A stretch of DNA of 64,000 nt from Actinomycetes bacterium (GTDB taxonomy: Bacteria > Actinomycetota > JAICYB01), in contig JAICYB010000009.1 of assembly GCA_025934435.1 (NCBI GenBank), positions 9,724-73,723 of the forward strand. The letters are read 5' to 3'. Below, one piece after another: positions 8,540 through 17,612 of the stretch (positions are counted from its first letter, which is position 1; every line of letters begins with the position of its first letter). Position numbers and translations under genes: made by a program. Below the pieces are notes generated by a model. It did no database searches, was not told the DNA's origin, and worked only from the letters and a program-made list of their open reading frames with translations.

Positions 8540-10092
8540 TTGATCCGGCGCTCCTGGTCTTTCCAGTACGGCTCGCGCAGGATCCGCTTCAGGAGCTTCC
8601 CGCTCGGGTTCCGCGGTAGCTCTGTCGCGAAGTCGACCGAGCGCGGGATCTTGTAGCCCGCGAGGCGCTCGCGCGCGTACGCGATCAACTCGTCGGGCTC
8701 CAAAGAAGCACCGTCCTTCAACACGACGACCGCTTTCACCGACTCGCCCCACTTCGGATCGGGCACGCCGATCACGGCGATGTCCGCTACGGACGGGTGT
8801 CCGGAGAGTGCGTTCTCGACTTCGATCGGATAGATGTTCTCGCCGCCGGACACGATCATGTCTTTGATCCGGTCGGTGAGGAAGACGAAACCTTCGGCGT
8901 CCATATAACCGGCGTCGCCGGTCTTGAACCAGCCGTCCGAGGTCATCACGGCGTCGGTCGCGTCGGGCTTGTTCCAGTAGCCCTTCATGTTCTGCCCCGA
9001 GCGCGTCCAGAGCTCGCCGACTTGCCCGCGCTCGACTTCATTCCCGCGCTCGTCGACGATCTTCATCTCGACGTGCGGATAGGGCTTGCCGGCCGAACGC
9101 AGGAGGTGCTCGCGTGGTCCGTCCGGATCGTGATCTTCCGCGTCGAGCTGCGTGATGGCGCCGGTCGTCTCCGTGAGTCCGTACACCTGGAGGAGCGGAC
9201 AACCGAACGTACGCATCGAGCGCGTCAGCACTTCGTTCGTGATCGGCGAGGCGCCGTAGACGATCGCGCGGATCGCGCTGAAGTCACCGTCCGCGCAGTT
9301 GGGGAGCGCGGAGAGGAACTGCAACACGGCCGGGACGAGGAACGCGTTCGTGATCTTCTCGTTCTGCAATGTGTCCAGCAGCTGCGGCGGAACGATCTCG
9401 CGAACGATCACCGACTTGCAGCCTTGCGTCATGCCGACGAGCGCCCAGCCGGAGCCCCCGATGTGGAACAGCGGCATCGCGACGAGGTTGACCGAGTCGG
9501 CGTCGAACGACCACAGCGGGCCGATCGTCGGCATCATGGCGCCGAGGTTTGAGTTCGTGAGCATCGCGCCTTTCGGCAGTCCCGTCGTGCCCGACGTGTA
9601 GAGCTGCATCGCGACGTCGTCGCCTGTGCCGTCCGCGCCGGGATCGACGGATTCTTGCTTCGACACCCACGCGTCCCACGATTCGTGGGTCGGGTGATCG
9701 CCGATGACGACGATCTTCTTCACCGTTTGGAGACCCGGTTCGAACTGTTCGAGGTGTGAGACGAACTCGGAGCCGACGACGAGGACACGCGCTTCGGCGT
9801 CGTTGATCGTGTACTCCATCTCGGGTGGCGCGAGGCGCCAGTTGACCCCGACCGTGACGGCGTTGAGCTTCGCGCCGCCGAAGAGGAACTCGAAGTACTC
9901 GGGCCCGTTCTTGTCGATGAACGCGATGCGGTCCTGCTCGCCCACGCCTTCCGCGGCGAGCGCCTGCGCGACCTGGTTCGTCCGCGCGTCGAGCTCCGCC
10001 CACGTCGTGATCCGTCCTTCGTAGGAGATCGCCGCCGAATCCGGACGCTCCTTGCCGTGTCCCCGGACGATCCCCGCAACGGTCCAGCTCAT
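8536..10092 (-). CDS. Acyl-CoA synthetase (FadD-type AMP-binding enzyme).
   Basis: ATG preceded by GGAGGAGG. LYTSGTTGLPKGAML AMP-binding motif. C-terminal GKLLKRILRE. The track ORF extends further upstream through Arg-rich sequence. Confidence 0.8.
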   Translation of the reverse strand: MSWTVAGIVRGHGKERPDSAAISYEGRITTWAELDARTNQVAQALAAEGVGEQDRIAFIDKNGPEYFEFLFGGAKLNAVTVGVNWRLAPPEMEYTINDAEARVLVVGSEFVSHLEQFEPGLQTVKKIVVIGDHPTHESWDAWVSKQESVDPGADGTGDDVAMQLYTSGTTGLPKGAMLTNSNLGAMMPTIGPLWSFDADSVNLVAMPLFHIGGSGWALVGMTQGCKSVIVREIVPPQLLDTLQNEKITNAFLVPAVLQFLSALPNCADGDFSAIRAIVYGASPITNEVLTRSMRTFGCPLLQVYGLTETTGAITQLDAEDHDPDGPREHLLRSAGKPYPHVEMKIVDERGNEVERGQVGELWTRSGQNMKGYWNKPDATDAVMTSDGWFKTGDAGYMDAEGFVFLTDRIKDMIVSGGENIYPIEVENALSGHPSVADIAVIGVPDPKWGESVKAVVVLKDGASLEPDELIAYARERLAGYKIPRSVDFATELPRNPSGKLLKRILREPYWKDQERRIN

Positions 10093-10142
10093 CCTGTCCT
10101 CCTCCCGATATCCGGTCACAGTCTGCCATTGACAGGCCTGCC

Positions 10143-10175
10143 TAACACTGTTAGATTTCCGAACAGTGTTAGATA
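10143..10175. promoter_or_regulatory. Tandem TetR operator dyads AACACTGTTAGAT ... AACAGTGTTAGAT in the fadD/tetR divergent region.
   Basis: Each unit contains the palindromic core AACA-N-TGTT. The two copies are 18 bp apart, and the second overlaps the GTG start of the TetR gene. The divergent intergenic region is only ~73 bp. Confidence 0.5.
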
Positions 10176-10753
10176 CTAGGACGCTTCGCCGAGACGCGAC
10201 ACGGGCCAGGATCCTCGAGGCCGCGTGGACGCTCGCCAAACGGGACGGCCTCGCCGCGCTCTCGCTTCGGGAAGTGGCGGCCGCCGTCGGCATGAGGGCT
10301 CCGTCCCTCTACACGTACTTCGACTCGAAGAACGACCTGTACGACGCGATGTACGCGGAGACGGCGGCGATGGTCGCAACCGTCGTCCGCGACGGAGCCG
10401 TCGGCTCGACACCGAAAGATCGCTTGCGCCGCGGGATGCATGCCTTCGTCGTGTTCTTCGCGGAGAATCCGGCGCGCTACCAGCTGCTCGTCGAGCGCCC
10501 CGTGCCCGGCTTCGTCCCGCGGCCGGAATCGTTCGCGGTGTCGCGCGAGACGTTCGCGTCCACGATCGCAACCGACCTCGCGGCGCTCGGGATCACGGGA
10601 GAGCGCGCGACGAACATGTGGCGCGCGATCACGACCGGACTCCTCACGCAACAGATCGCGAACGACCCGGGCGGCGACGGTTGGACATCGCTCGTGGACG
10701 ACGCCTTCGACATGTACATGACGTTCCACGAACGGAAGGGGAAGAAGCGATGA
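10166..10753 (+). CDS. TetR-family transcriptional regulator.
   Basis: RARILEAAWTLAKRDGLAALSLREVAAAVGMRAPSLYTYFDSKNDL is a canonical TetR N-terminal HTH. GTG start. The stop overlaps the downstream ATG (ATGA). Confidence 0.8.
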   Translation: MLDTRTLRRDATRARILEAAWTLAKRDGLAALSLREVAAAVGMRAPSLYTYFDSKNDLYDAMYAETAAMVATVVRDGAVGSTPKDRLRRGMHAFVVFFAENPARYQLLVERPVPGFVPRPESFAVSRETFASTIATDLAALGITGERATNMWRAITTGLLTQQIANDPGGDGWTSLVDDAFDMYMTFHERKGKKR

Positions 10754-12129
10754 AAGTAGTCGTGCTCGGTGCTGGTCCGATCGGTCTTGCAACGTCGATG
10801 CTGCTTGCGAAGGACGGTCACGATGTGACCGTGCTCGAGAAGGACCCGCAGGCACCGCCTGCGACTGTCGATGAGATCTGGGAGAACTGGGATCGACGCG
10901 CCGTCGCGCAGTTCCGTCAGACCCATCTCTGCCACGCGAGGTTCCGACACGTGCTCGACGCGGAGCTCCCGGATGTGCGCGATGAGTTGCTCGCGCTCGG
11001 CGGGCGCCGGTTCAGCATCGCGAAGCCGATCCTCTCCTTGTTGGACGACCCATCGCCACGCGAAGGCGATGAACGGTTCGAGACCATCGCGGCGCGCCGT
11101 CCGATCATCGAAGCGGCATTCGCGCGCGTCGCCGAAGACACCGTCGGCGTGAAGGTCGAACGCGGTGTGACGGTCGACGGGCCGATCGCTCGCGGAACGC
11201 ACGTGACCGGCGTGCGAACGACGGATGGCGAGATGTTCGCTGCCGATCTTGTCGTCGACGCGACGGGCCGGCGTTCGAAGATCGTCGAGTGGGTCGCGGC
11301 GATCGGCGGACGGCCGCCGTACGAAGAAGCGAACGACACCGGATTCGCGTACTACACGCGCTACTACAAAGGAACGATGCCGGAGTACCGCGGTTCCATC
11401 GCGACGGCGTCGGAGTCGTTCTACGTCCTCACGGTTCCGGCGGACAACGACACGTGGATCATCGCCGTCATCGCGATGGCGGGGGACCGGCTGCTGAAGG
11501 GGCTCAGGCACAACGACGTGTGGGAACGGGCGGTTCGTTCGATGGCGCCGATCGCGCACTGGGTCGACGGCGAGCCTGTGTGTGACGTGATCCCGATGGC
11601 CGGAGCGATGGACCGTTACCGGAGGTTCGTCCTCGACGATCAACCGGTCGCGACGGGGATCGCCGTCGTCGGTGACGCGTGGGCGTGCACGAATCCCACG
11701 GCCGGACGCGGCATCTCCCTCGGCCTCCTGCACGCGCTTGCCCTGCGCGATTCGATCCGGAAGAACGACGATCCCGTCGCGCTCTTGAGGGAGTTCGACG
11801 CCGCAACCGAATCGGAGCTCACGCCGTGGTACCGCCAGCAGGTCGAACGCGACTACGAGCGGGCCGAGCAGGTGCAAGCAGCCGTCGACGGTCGTCCGTG
11901 GTCACCGCCGGAAACGCCGATGGCGAAGATGCAAGCCGCGTTCATGACCGGCGCGAGTCAGGATCCGGATCTCGCGCGCGGGTTCCTCGACAACATGTCG
12001 GTGCTCGCGCTGCCGCCGGAGATCATGTCGCGTCCCGGTGTCATGGAGAAAGTCATGCAGTACGCGGACGCTCCTCCGCGGGCGTTCGGCGGGCCGAACC
12101 GCAAAGAGCTCGCCGCGCTCGTCGCTTAG
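10750..12129 (+). CDS. FAD-dependent monooxygenase/oxidoreductase (geranylgeranyl-reductase/UbiH-like).
   Basis: MKVVVLGAGPIGLATSMLLAKDGHDVTVLEKD (GxGxxG, Rossmann), DLVVDATGRRS, GDAWACTNPTAGRGISLGL (GD motif). Translationally coupled to the TetR gene. Confidence 0.75.
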   Translation: MKVVVLGAGPIGLATSMLLAKDGHDVTVLEKDPQAPPATVDEIWENWDRRAVAQFRQTHLCHARFRHVLDAELPDVRDELLALGGRRFSIAKPILSLLDDPSPREGDERFETIAARRPIIEAAFARVAEDTVGVKVERGVTVDGPIARGTHVTGVRTTDGEMFAADLVVDATGRRSKIVEWVAAIGGRPPYEEANDTGFAYYTRYYKGTMPEYRGSIATASESFYVLTVPADNDTWIIAVIAMAGDRLLKGLRHNDVWERAVRSMAPIAHWVDGEPVCDVIPMAGAMDRYRRFVLDDQPVATGIAVVGDAWACTNPTAGRGISLGLLHALALRDSIRKNDDPVALLREFDAATESELTPWYRQQVERDYERAEQVQAAVDGRPWSPPETPMAKMQAAFMTGASQDPDLARGFLDNMSVLALPPEIMSRPGVMEKVMQYADAPPRAFGGPNRKELAALVA

Positions 12130-12139
12130 AGCAACGCGT

Positions 12140-12537
12140 TCATGGTCTGATCATCTGGTAGTGCGTGTCGGTTCGTCCGATCTCGAGGAACCCGAGACGT
12201 TCGTAGAGCGCACGCGCGCGATGGTTCTCGAACAGGACGCCGAGTTGCACCGGTTTGCCTCGTGCGATCACGTCGTGCATGAGCTGCGTCCCGATGCCTC
12301 GGTTCTGGAACGCGGGCGCGATGACGATCATGTTGACCTTGATCGCTGTACGTAACCCGCGGGCTCGCCCTCGACCACGACGATCTCGTAGCTCGCCGCG
12401 TTCCACTCGTCGTCGAAGAACGCGTCTTGGAGCTCGGGGTCGAACACGCCGAACTGGCGAATCACGACCTCGCGGAACGCGTCGTGGTGCGTCTGCCGCG
12501 CGACATCTTTGTCGTCGTCAGTCGCGGGACGAAGCAC
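12140..12537 (-). pseudogene. GNAT-family N-acetyltransferase interrupted by a -1 frameshift (pseudogene or sequencing error).
   Basis: Track ORFs 12328..12537 (N-terminal half, ...YEIVVVEGEPAGYVQ) and 12140..12406 (C-terminal half, IKVNMIVIAPAFQNRGIGTQLM...YERLGFLEIG, the GNAT acetyl-CoA motif Q/RxxGxG/A) are in different frames. Adding one base near 12350 would join them into a ~150-aa GNAT. Confidence 0.55.
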
Positions 12538-13393
12538 CGATCGTCTCTCGCGCCTTCCCGCCCGGTGCGCCGACGATCATCTTGATGATCGCTTCGGTGA
12601 TCTTCGGTTCGAGACCTTCGGTGTGTCCTTTGTCGAGCCGAACGATGTCCGCTATGACGCGGCCGTCTTTCGCGTTCGGGTAGACGAAGATCTGCGCCGA
12701 TCCCGGACGCGCTTCGCGTCCCCACGACGGTTTGAACGTTTCCCAGCGAGAGTCGTAGACCTGGCCCGGCTCGGTGTCGACGACATCGGGAAGCTGCTCG
12801 CGGGCGGCCGCGCCGTACCGTTCGGCCCACGGGGATGTCGACGGCAACTCCTTGATCTCGTGCTCGCCGGTGGCGTAGATGAACGACAGCTCGGCCGAAG
12901 GGAGCGGCGGCGGCTCGAAGCCTCGGCGCGCGAACGGCGGCCGTTCCGATCCCGGTGGACGAGGCGGTCCGAAGTCGTCCGCCATCGGCGCTTGGCCGAA
13001 TCGTCCTCCGGAAAGGCTGATGAACCCGTCGACGCGATCGGCGAAGTACGGCGTACCGAGGAGTCTGCGCGACGTCATACCGCCCTGCGAATGTCCGGCG
13101 AGCCAGAACGACGCGACGTCGAACCGGCCGAGCACCATGTCGCAGACGTTCCGCAGATGCTCGTCGTCGGCGTCGGCGGCCCAGAAACGCATCGGGGTGT
13201 CCGTGAGCGCGGTCGGCGCGGCGACGACGAGGCCGTACGCGTCGGCGAAGTCGTGCGCGGGGAAGTAACCGCGCTGCCACACGCCGGCCGAACCGCCGCC
13301 GTGCAGATTCAAGATGAACGTCGACGGTTCGTCGGCGTAGTCGAGGTAGAACTTCCGATCCGTCCTCGGATCGACGACCGTCTCGGACTTCAC
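12518..13393 (-). CDS. Alpha/beta-hydrolase esterase (PHB-depolymerase/LpqC-like).
   Basis: FILNLHGGGSAGVWQ oxyanion region. LAGHSQGG nucleophile elbow. GTG start overlaps the stop of the upstream NMO gene (GTGA). No signal peptide. The track ORF 12518..14128 is a composite with an Arg-rich upstream part. Confidence 0.6.
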   Translation of the reverse strand: MKSETVVDPRTDRKFYLDYADEPSTFILNLHGGGSAGVWQRGYFPAHDFADAYGLVVAAPTALTDTPMRFWAADADDEHLRNVCDMVLGRFDVASFWLAGHSQGGMTSRRLLGTPYFADRVDGFISLSGGRFGQAPMADDFGPPRPPGSERPPFARRGFEPPPLPSAELSFIYATGEHEIKELPSTSPWAERYGAAAREQLPDVVDTEPGQVYDSRWETFKPSWGREARPGSAQIFVYPNAKDGRVIADIVRLDKGHTEGLEPKITEAIIKMIVGAPGGKARETIGASSRD

Positions 13394-14370
13394 GACACCG
13401 AAACGCTCGCGAGCTTTCCGATGCGCGCGAGTTCGCGTTCCGCTTGCTCGACGAAACGACCTACGAGTTCGGCGGCCGGAATCAGTTCGGTGATGGCGCC
13501 GACGCCTTGTCCCGCGGGGTAGCACTCCTTGTCCGGGTCGACGCCGGCGGTGAGGTCGTCGCCGCCGAGATGCATCGCTTGATCTTGCGTCGAACGAACC
13601 ATCTGCTGCGGGAACCGCTGGAGTTCGTCCGGGTGCTGCTCGAAGTACTTCGTGTACGAGTTCTCGAGAGCGCGCAGCGTCTTGCCGGTGAACGCGCGCG
13701 AGATGACGGTCTGATCTTCGGCGGACGCAAGCAGCTTGTCCTTGTAGCCGATCGTCGAACGCGCTTCGGGCGTCGCGATGAAGCGCGTGCCGACCCAGAT
13801 GCCCTCGGCGCCGAGCGCGAGGGCGGCGGCGAGGCCTCGTCCATCGAAGATGCCTCCGGCGGCGACGACGGGGACCTTGTCGCCGACCGCATCGACGATC
13901 TGCGGAACGAGCGGCATCGTCGCGACTTTGCCCGTATGTCCGCCGGCTTCCGTCCCTTGCGCGACGACGATGTCGCAACCGGCCGCGACGGCTTGTACGG
14001 CGTGGCTCACCTTGCCGCACATGTTCACCACGAGCACGCCGCGGCGATGGCAGAGGTCGACGATGTCGACGGGGACGCCGAGTCCGGCGACGAAGACCGT
14101 CGCTCCATTGTCGATCGCGGCTGTGCACTGCGCCGTCATGTCACCGGCGGCGGTCAACAGATCCACGCCGAACGGCTTCGACGTGAGCTTCTTCAATTCT
14201 TGGATCTCGCCGACCATCTGTTCGGTCGACATCGTCGCGGCGCCGAACGTGCCGAAGCCGCCGCCTTCCGAAACCGCCGCGACCAACTTGTGGTACGCGA
14301 CACCACCCATGCCGGCGAGCATCACCGGGTGTTCGATGTTCAAGATCTCTGTGAGTCGTGTCCGGATCAC
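13390..14370 (-). CDS. Nitronate monooxygenase (2-nitropropane dioxygenase, NMO family; FMN-dependent).
   Basis: IEHPVMLAGMGGVA, GTEAGGHTG and VVAAGGIFDGRG motifs. GTG start 5 nt after GGGAGG. Confidence 0.8.
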   Translation of the reverse strand: MIRTRLTEILNIEHPVMLAGMGGVAYHKLVAAVSEGGGFGTFGAATMSTEQMVGEIQELKKLTSKPFGVDLLTAAGDMTAQCTAAIDNGATVFVAGLGVPVDIVDLCHRRGVLVVNMCGKVSHAVQAVAAGCDIVVAQGTEAGGHTGKVATMPLVPQIVDAVGDKVPVVAAGGIFDGRGLAAALALGAEGIWVGTRFIATPEARSTIGYKDKLLASAEDQTVISRAFTGKTLRALENSYTKYFEQHPDELQRFPQQMVRSTQDQAMHLGGDDLTAGVDPDKECYPAGQGVGAITELIPAAELVGRFVEQAERELARIGKLASVSVS

Positions 14371-14429
14371 GTCAGCCTCCCCGTCGGATATGCCACCATG
14401 ACTGTCTCGTAACGATAACCGGGAGGGTT

Positions 14430-16004
14430 ATGGCCGAGTTGAGCTTCGCCGACATCTGGGAACAGATCGCCGACGCATTCCCCGATGCGACGGCGCAGAT
14501 CCATGGGGACCGCCGCGAGACGTGGGGCGAGTTCGACCGGCGCGCCGACGGCGTCGCACAGGCGCTCCTCGACGCGGGACTCGAGCGGCAGGACAAGGTC
14601 GCGCAGTACCTCTACAACTGCCCCGAGTACCTGGAATCGCTGTTCGGCGCGGTCAAGGTCAGCGGCGTGCCCGTGAACACGAACTACCGCTACACCGACG
14701 ACGAGCTCGTCTACCTGTGGGACAACTCCGACGCCGTCGCCGTCGTCTTCCACGGCGCCTTCGTGGAAACGATCGAACGGATCCGGAGCCGCGTCCCCGG
14801 CGTGAAGCTCTGGCTGTTCGTCGACGACGGGACGGCCCCCTGCCCGGAGTGGGCACGTCCGTACGAAGAGGCCGCGACATCTGCGACGGGCCGCGTCGGG
14901 GCCGAACGCGGACCCGACGACCTCTACATGCTCTACACCGGCGGCACGACCGGCATGCCGAAGGGCGTGATGTGGCGCCAGGGCGATCTCATCGACGCCT
15001 ACGCGCGCAACATGGACCCGAACGCGTCGTGGCAGATGCCGGCGGCGCCGGGCGGCGTGTGCCTGCCGGCGTGTCCGTTGATGCACGGTACCGGTGCGTT
15101 CACCTCGTTCATCCTGTTGAACTCCGCCGGGTGCATCGTCACGCTCACGAAGCGGAACTTCGATGTGGTCGAGCTGCTCGACACCATCGAACGCGAGAAG
15201 GTGAACGTGATCGCCATCGTGGGGGACGCGTTCGCGAAGCCGATGCTCCGCGAACTCGATGCCAATCCGGGCCGGTGGAACATCTCGAGCCTGATCGCGG
15301 TCATCTCCTCCGGCGTCATGTGGAGCCACGAGACGAAGCAAGGACTGCTCAAGCATCACGGCGGCATGATCCTCTCCGACGCGTTCTCGTCATCTGAGGC
15401 GCTCGGCATGGGTTCGTCGACGTCGAGCGGCGAGAACGCGTCCGAAACCGCGAAGTTCACGCTCGGGCCGAACACGCGCGTCATCACCGATGACGGTCGC
15501 GACGTCGTACCGGGATCCGGCGAGCAAGGCATGGTCGCGGTGAAGGGCCTCGTCCCCGTCGGCTACTACAAGGATCCCGAGAAGACCGCGAAGACGTTCC
15601 GCGTCATCGACGGCGATCGGTACTCGATCCCCGGTGACTACGCGATGGTCGAAGCGGACGGATCACTCAAGATCCTCGGACGTGGATCGGTCTGCATCAA
15701 CACCGGCGGCGAGAAGGTCTTCCCGGAAGAGGTCGAGGAAGTCATCAAGCGTTACGACGCCGTGCTCGACTGCGCGGTCGTCGGCGTTCCCGACGAGAAG
15801 TGGGGCGAAGCGATCACGGCGATCGTGCAACCGCGTCCGGGGGCCGAGATCGACGACGGTGAACTCATCAAGCACGTGAAGGCGAACCTCGCCGCGTACA
15901 AAGCTCCGAAGCACGTCGTCGTCGTCGACACGATCGGACGGAGCCCGGCAGGCAAGGTCGACTACCCGGGCCTCAAGCAGAAGGCGATCGCACAAGTTGG
16001 GTAG
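14430..16004 (+). CDS. Acyl-CoA synthetase (AMP-binding, FadD-like).
   Basis: ATG after GGGAGGG. MLYTGGTTGMPKGVMW motif. C-terminal PAGKVDY. Divergent from the NMO gene. Confidence 0.8.
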   Translation: MAELSFADIWEQIADAFPDATAQIHGDRRETWGEFDRRADGVAQALLDAGLERQDKVAQYLYNCPEYLESLFGAVKVSGVPVNTNYRYTDDELVYLWDNSDAVAVVFHGAFVETIERIRSRVPGVKLWLFVDDGTAPCPEWARPYEEAATSATGRVGAERGPDDLYMLYTGGTTGMPKGVMWRQGDLIDAYARNMDPNASWQMPAAPGGVCLPACPLMHGTGAFTSFILLNSAGCIVTLTKRNFDVVELLDTIEREKVNVIAIVGDAFAKPMLRELDANPGRWNISSLIAVISSGVMWSHETKQGLLKHHGGMILSDAFSSSEALGMGSSTSSGENASETAKFTLGPNTRVITDDGRDVVPGSGEQGMVAVKGLVPVGYYKDPEKTAKTFRVIDGDRYSIPGDYAMVEADGSLKILGRGSVCINTGGEKVFPEEVEEVIKRYDAVLDCAVVGVPDEKWGEAITAIVQPRPGAEIDDGELIKHVKANLAAYKAPKHVVVVDTIGRSPAGKVDYPGLKQKAIAQVG

Positions 16005-16761
16005 CTACGTCGAAGCCGGCGTCAAGACGTGGTTCGACACCGCGGGTGAGCGTGGCGAACCGTTGGTATTGCTGCACGGCGGACTCGTCGGCAACGACGC
16101 CTGGGGCTTGCAGATGACGGTGTTCGCCGAATCCTTCCGCGTCTTCGCGCCCGAGCGGCGTGCTCACGGGCACACGCCCGATGTGGACGGACCACTCAGC
16201 TACGAGGACATGGCAGCCGACACGATCGCGTTCCTCGAGCGGGTCGTGAAGGAACCGGCGCATCTCGTGGGATGGAGCGACGGGGGCAACGTCGCGCTGC
16301 TCGTGGCGATCGAGCGTCCTGATCTCGTGCGCAAGGTCGTCGTGATGGGTGCGAACTACGACGCCGACGGTCTCGTGGTGCCGGACGCTGATCTCAACCC
16401 GGACGGACCGGAGCTCGCGATGTTCAAGACGCTGTACGAAGCCGCATCACCGGACGGCCCGGATCATTGGCCGGTCTTCGTCGGGAAGATCTTGGAGATG
16501 TGGAAGAACTTCCACGTCCCGCTCGAGCGGCTCGCGGTGATCGAGCCGCCGACACTCGTCTTGGTCGGCGACGACGACGCGATCACGCTCGAGCACACGG
16601 TGTCGCTCTACCGCGCGATCCACGATTCGGCGCTTGCTGTTCTCCCGTACGCGGCGCATCTCGTCGCGCTGGAGCAGGCGGACGTCGTGAACGAGATGAT
16701 CCTGCGATTCCTACAGAACGACCCGCCGACGACGCTGATGCCCATCCGCCGCGCTACCTAG
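15997..16761 (+). CDS. Alpha/beta-hydrolase fold protein.
   Basis: LVLLHGGLVGNDAW, HLVGWSDGGNVA nucleophile elbow, and a C-terminal His region. TTG start overlaps the upstream TAG. Confidence 0.7.
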   Translation: MGSYVEAGVKTWFDTAGERGEPLVLLHGGLVGNDAWGLQMTVFAESFRVFAPERRAHGHTPDVDGPLSYEDMAADTIAFLERVVKEPAHLVGWSDGGNVALLVAIERPDLVRKVVVMGANYDADGLVVPDADLNPDGPELAMFKTLYEAASPDGPDHWPVFVGKILEMWKNFHVPLERLAVIEPPTLVLVGDDDAITLEHTVSLYRAIHDSALAVLPYAAHLVALEQADVVNEMILRFLQNDPPTTLMPIRRAT

Positions 16762-17603
16762 AGGACACCGCCTCCGGCGGGCGCGCTCACCACGAACGCC
16801 GCCGGGCAGTTCGTGACGTTGTCGAACTGGTCCACAAGCAACGTTTCGAAGTTCGTTCCGCCGCAGTCGATCGAGTCGACCGCTCCATCGGCCGAGTAGA
16901 CGAGGTCGCCGCCCGTCCCCGGCGAGAGCGTGTCGCCGGGCGTGCCGTCGTCGTCGATCAGCGTGTCGTCGCCGCCCGAGCCGTTGAGGGTATCCACGCC
17001 ACCGCCGCCGAGGAGCGTCTCAGAGGCATTGGTGCCGTTGATCTGATCGTTGCCCGGCCCCCCCATCGCGTAGTGCGCACCGCTGAGCGCAAGCGTGTCG
17101 TTGCCGCTCGTTCCGAACGCGAAGTCGGACGACCCCGCGAGGCCCGCCAGGGACGACCGGATCACGTTCTCGCACTTACTGACCTTGTCCTGCGCGTCCA
17201 CGACCGCGAGGTCGTCTCCCTTGCCGCACTTGATCGTGTCCCGCGCACCATCGGCCGAGAAGATCACGTCGGCGCTCGGCCCGCCGATCAGAACATCGCC
17301 TCGCGTCCCGTCGTCGTCGTAGATGAAGTTCTTGCCGCGGCCGCCCACGACGTGGTCTCGCCCCGAACCGGGGAAAACGAGGACAACGTTCGCCGCCGAC
17401 GACTGCACCGTGATCTTGTCCCGGCCCTGCCGACCGAACACGGTGTCGCTTCCGCCGCCCGTGGTCATGCGGTCCTTGCCGCTCGTGCCCGCGATGACGT
17501 CGTTCGTGGTCCCTCCGTGGAACTTCGCCGCCCAGGCCGACTGCGGACTGACTGTCAGGAGGAGCAGCACGAGCGATGCGACGGTCGCGATCCGGAAACG
17601 CAC
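16758..17603 (-). CDS. Secreted calcium-binding protein with hemolysin-type (RTX-like) GGxGxD repeats.
   Basis: Signal peptide VASLVLLLLTVSPQSAWA. Repeats GGGGVDTLNGSGGDDTLIDDDGTPGDTL and GGPGNDQINGT. 281 aa. Confidence 0.65.
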   Translation of the reverse strand: MRFRIATVASLVLLLLTVSPQSAWAAKFHGGTTNDVIAGTSGKDRMTTGGGSDTVFGRQGRDKITVQSSAANVVLVFPGSGRDHVVGGRGKNFIYDDDGTRGDVLIGGPSADVIFSADGARDTIKCGKGDDLAVVDAQDKVSKCENVIRSSLAGLAGSSDFAFGTSGNDTLALSGAHYAMGGPGNDQINGTNASETLLGGGGVDTLNGSGGDDTLIDDDGTPGDTLSPGTGGDLVYSADGAVDSIDCGGTNFETLLVDQFDNVTNCPAAFVVSAPAGGGVL

Positions 17604-17612
17604 ATTTCCCCC

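Noticed and set aside
8797-9552. Several 100-340-aa plus/minus ORFs overlapping the FadD, sulfatase, tricorn and PutA genes (e.g. 8797..9552, 27826..29187, 53173..54396, 57823..59286).
   Set aside because: All are antisense or alternative frames of genes with clear homology-based identification. Their Arg/Ala/Pro-rich, low-complexity translations and lack of RBSs indicate high-GC shadow ORFs.
12518-14128. 536-aa minus ORF.
   Set aside because: It is a composite of an Arg-rich out-of-frame read-through of the nitronate monooxygenase region plus the real 291-aa esterase, which starts at a GTG overlapping the NMO stop.
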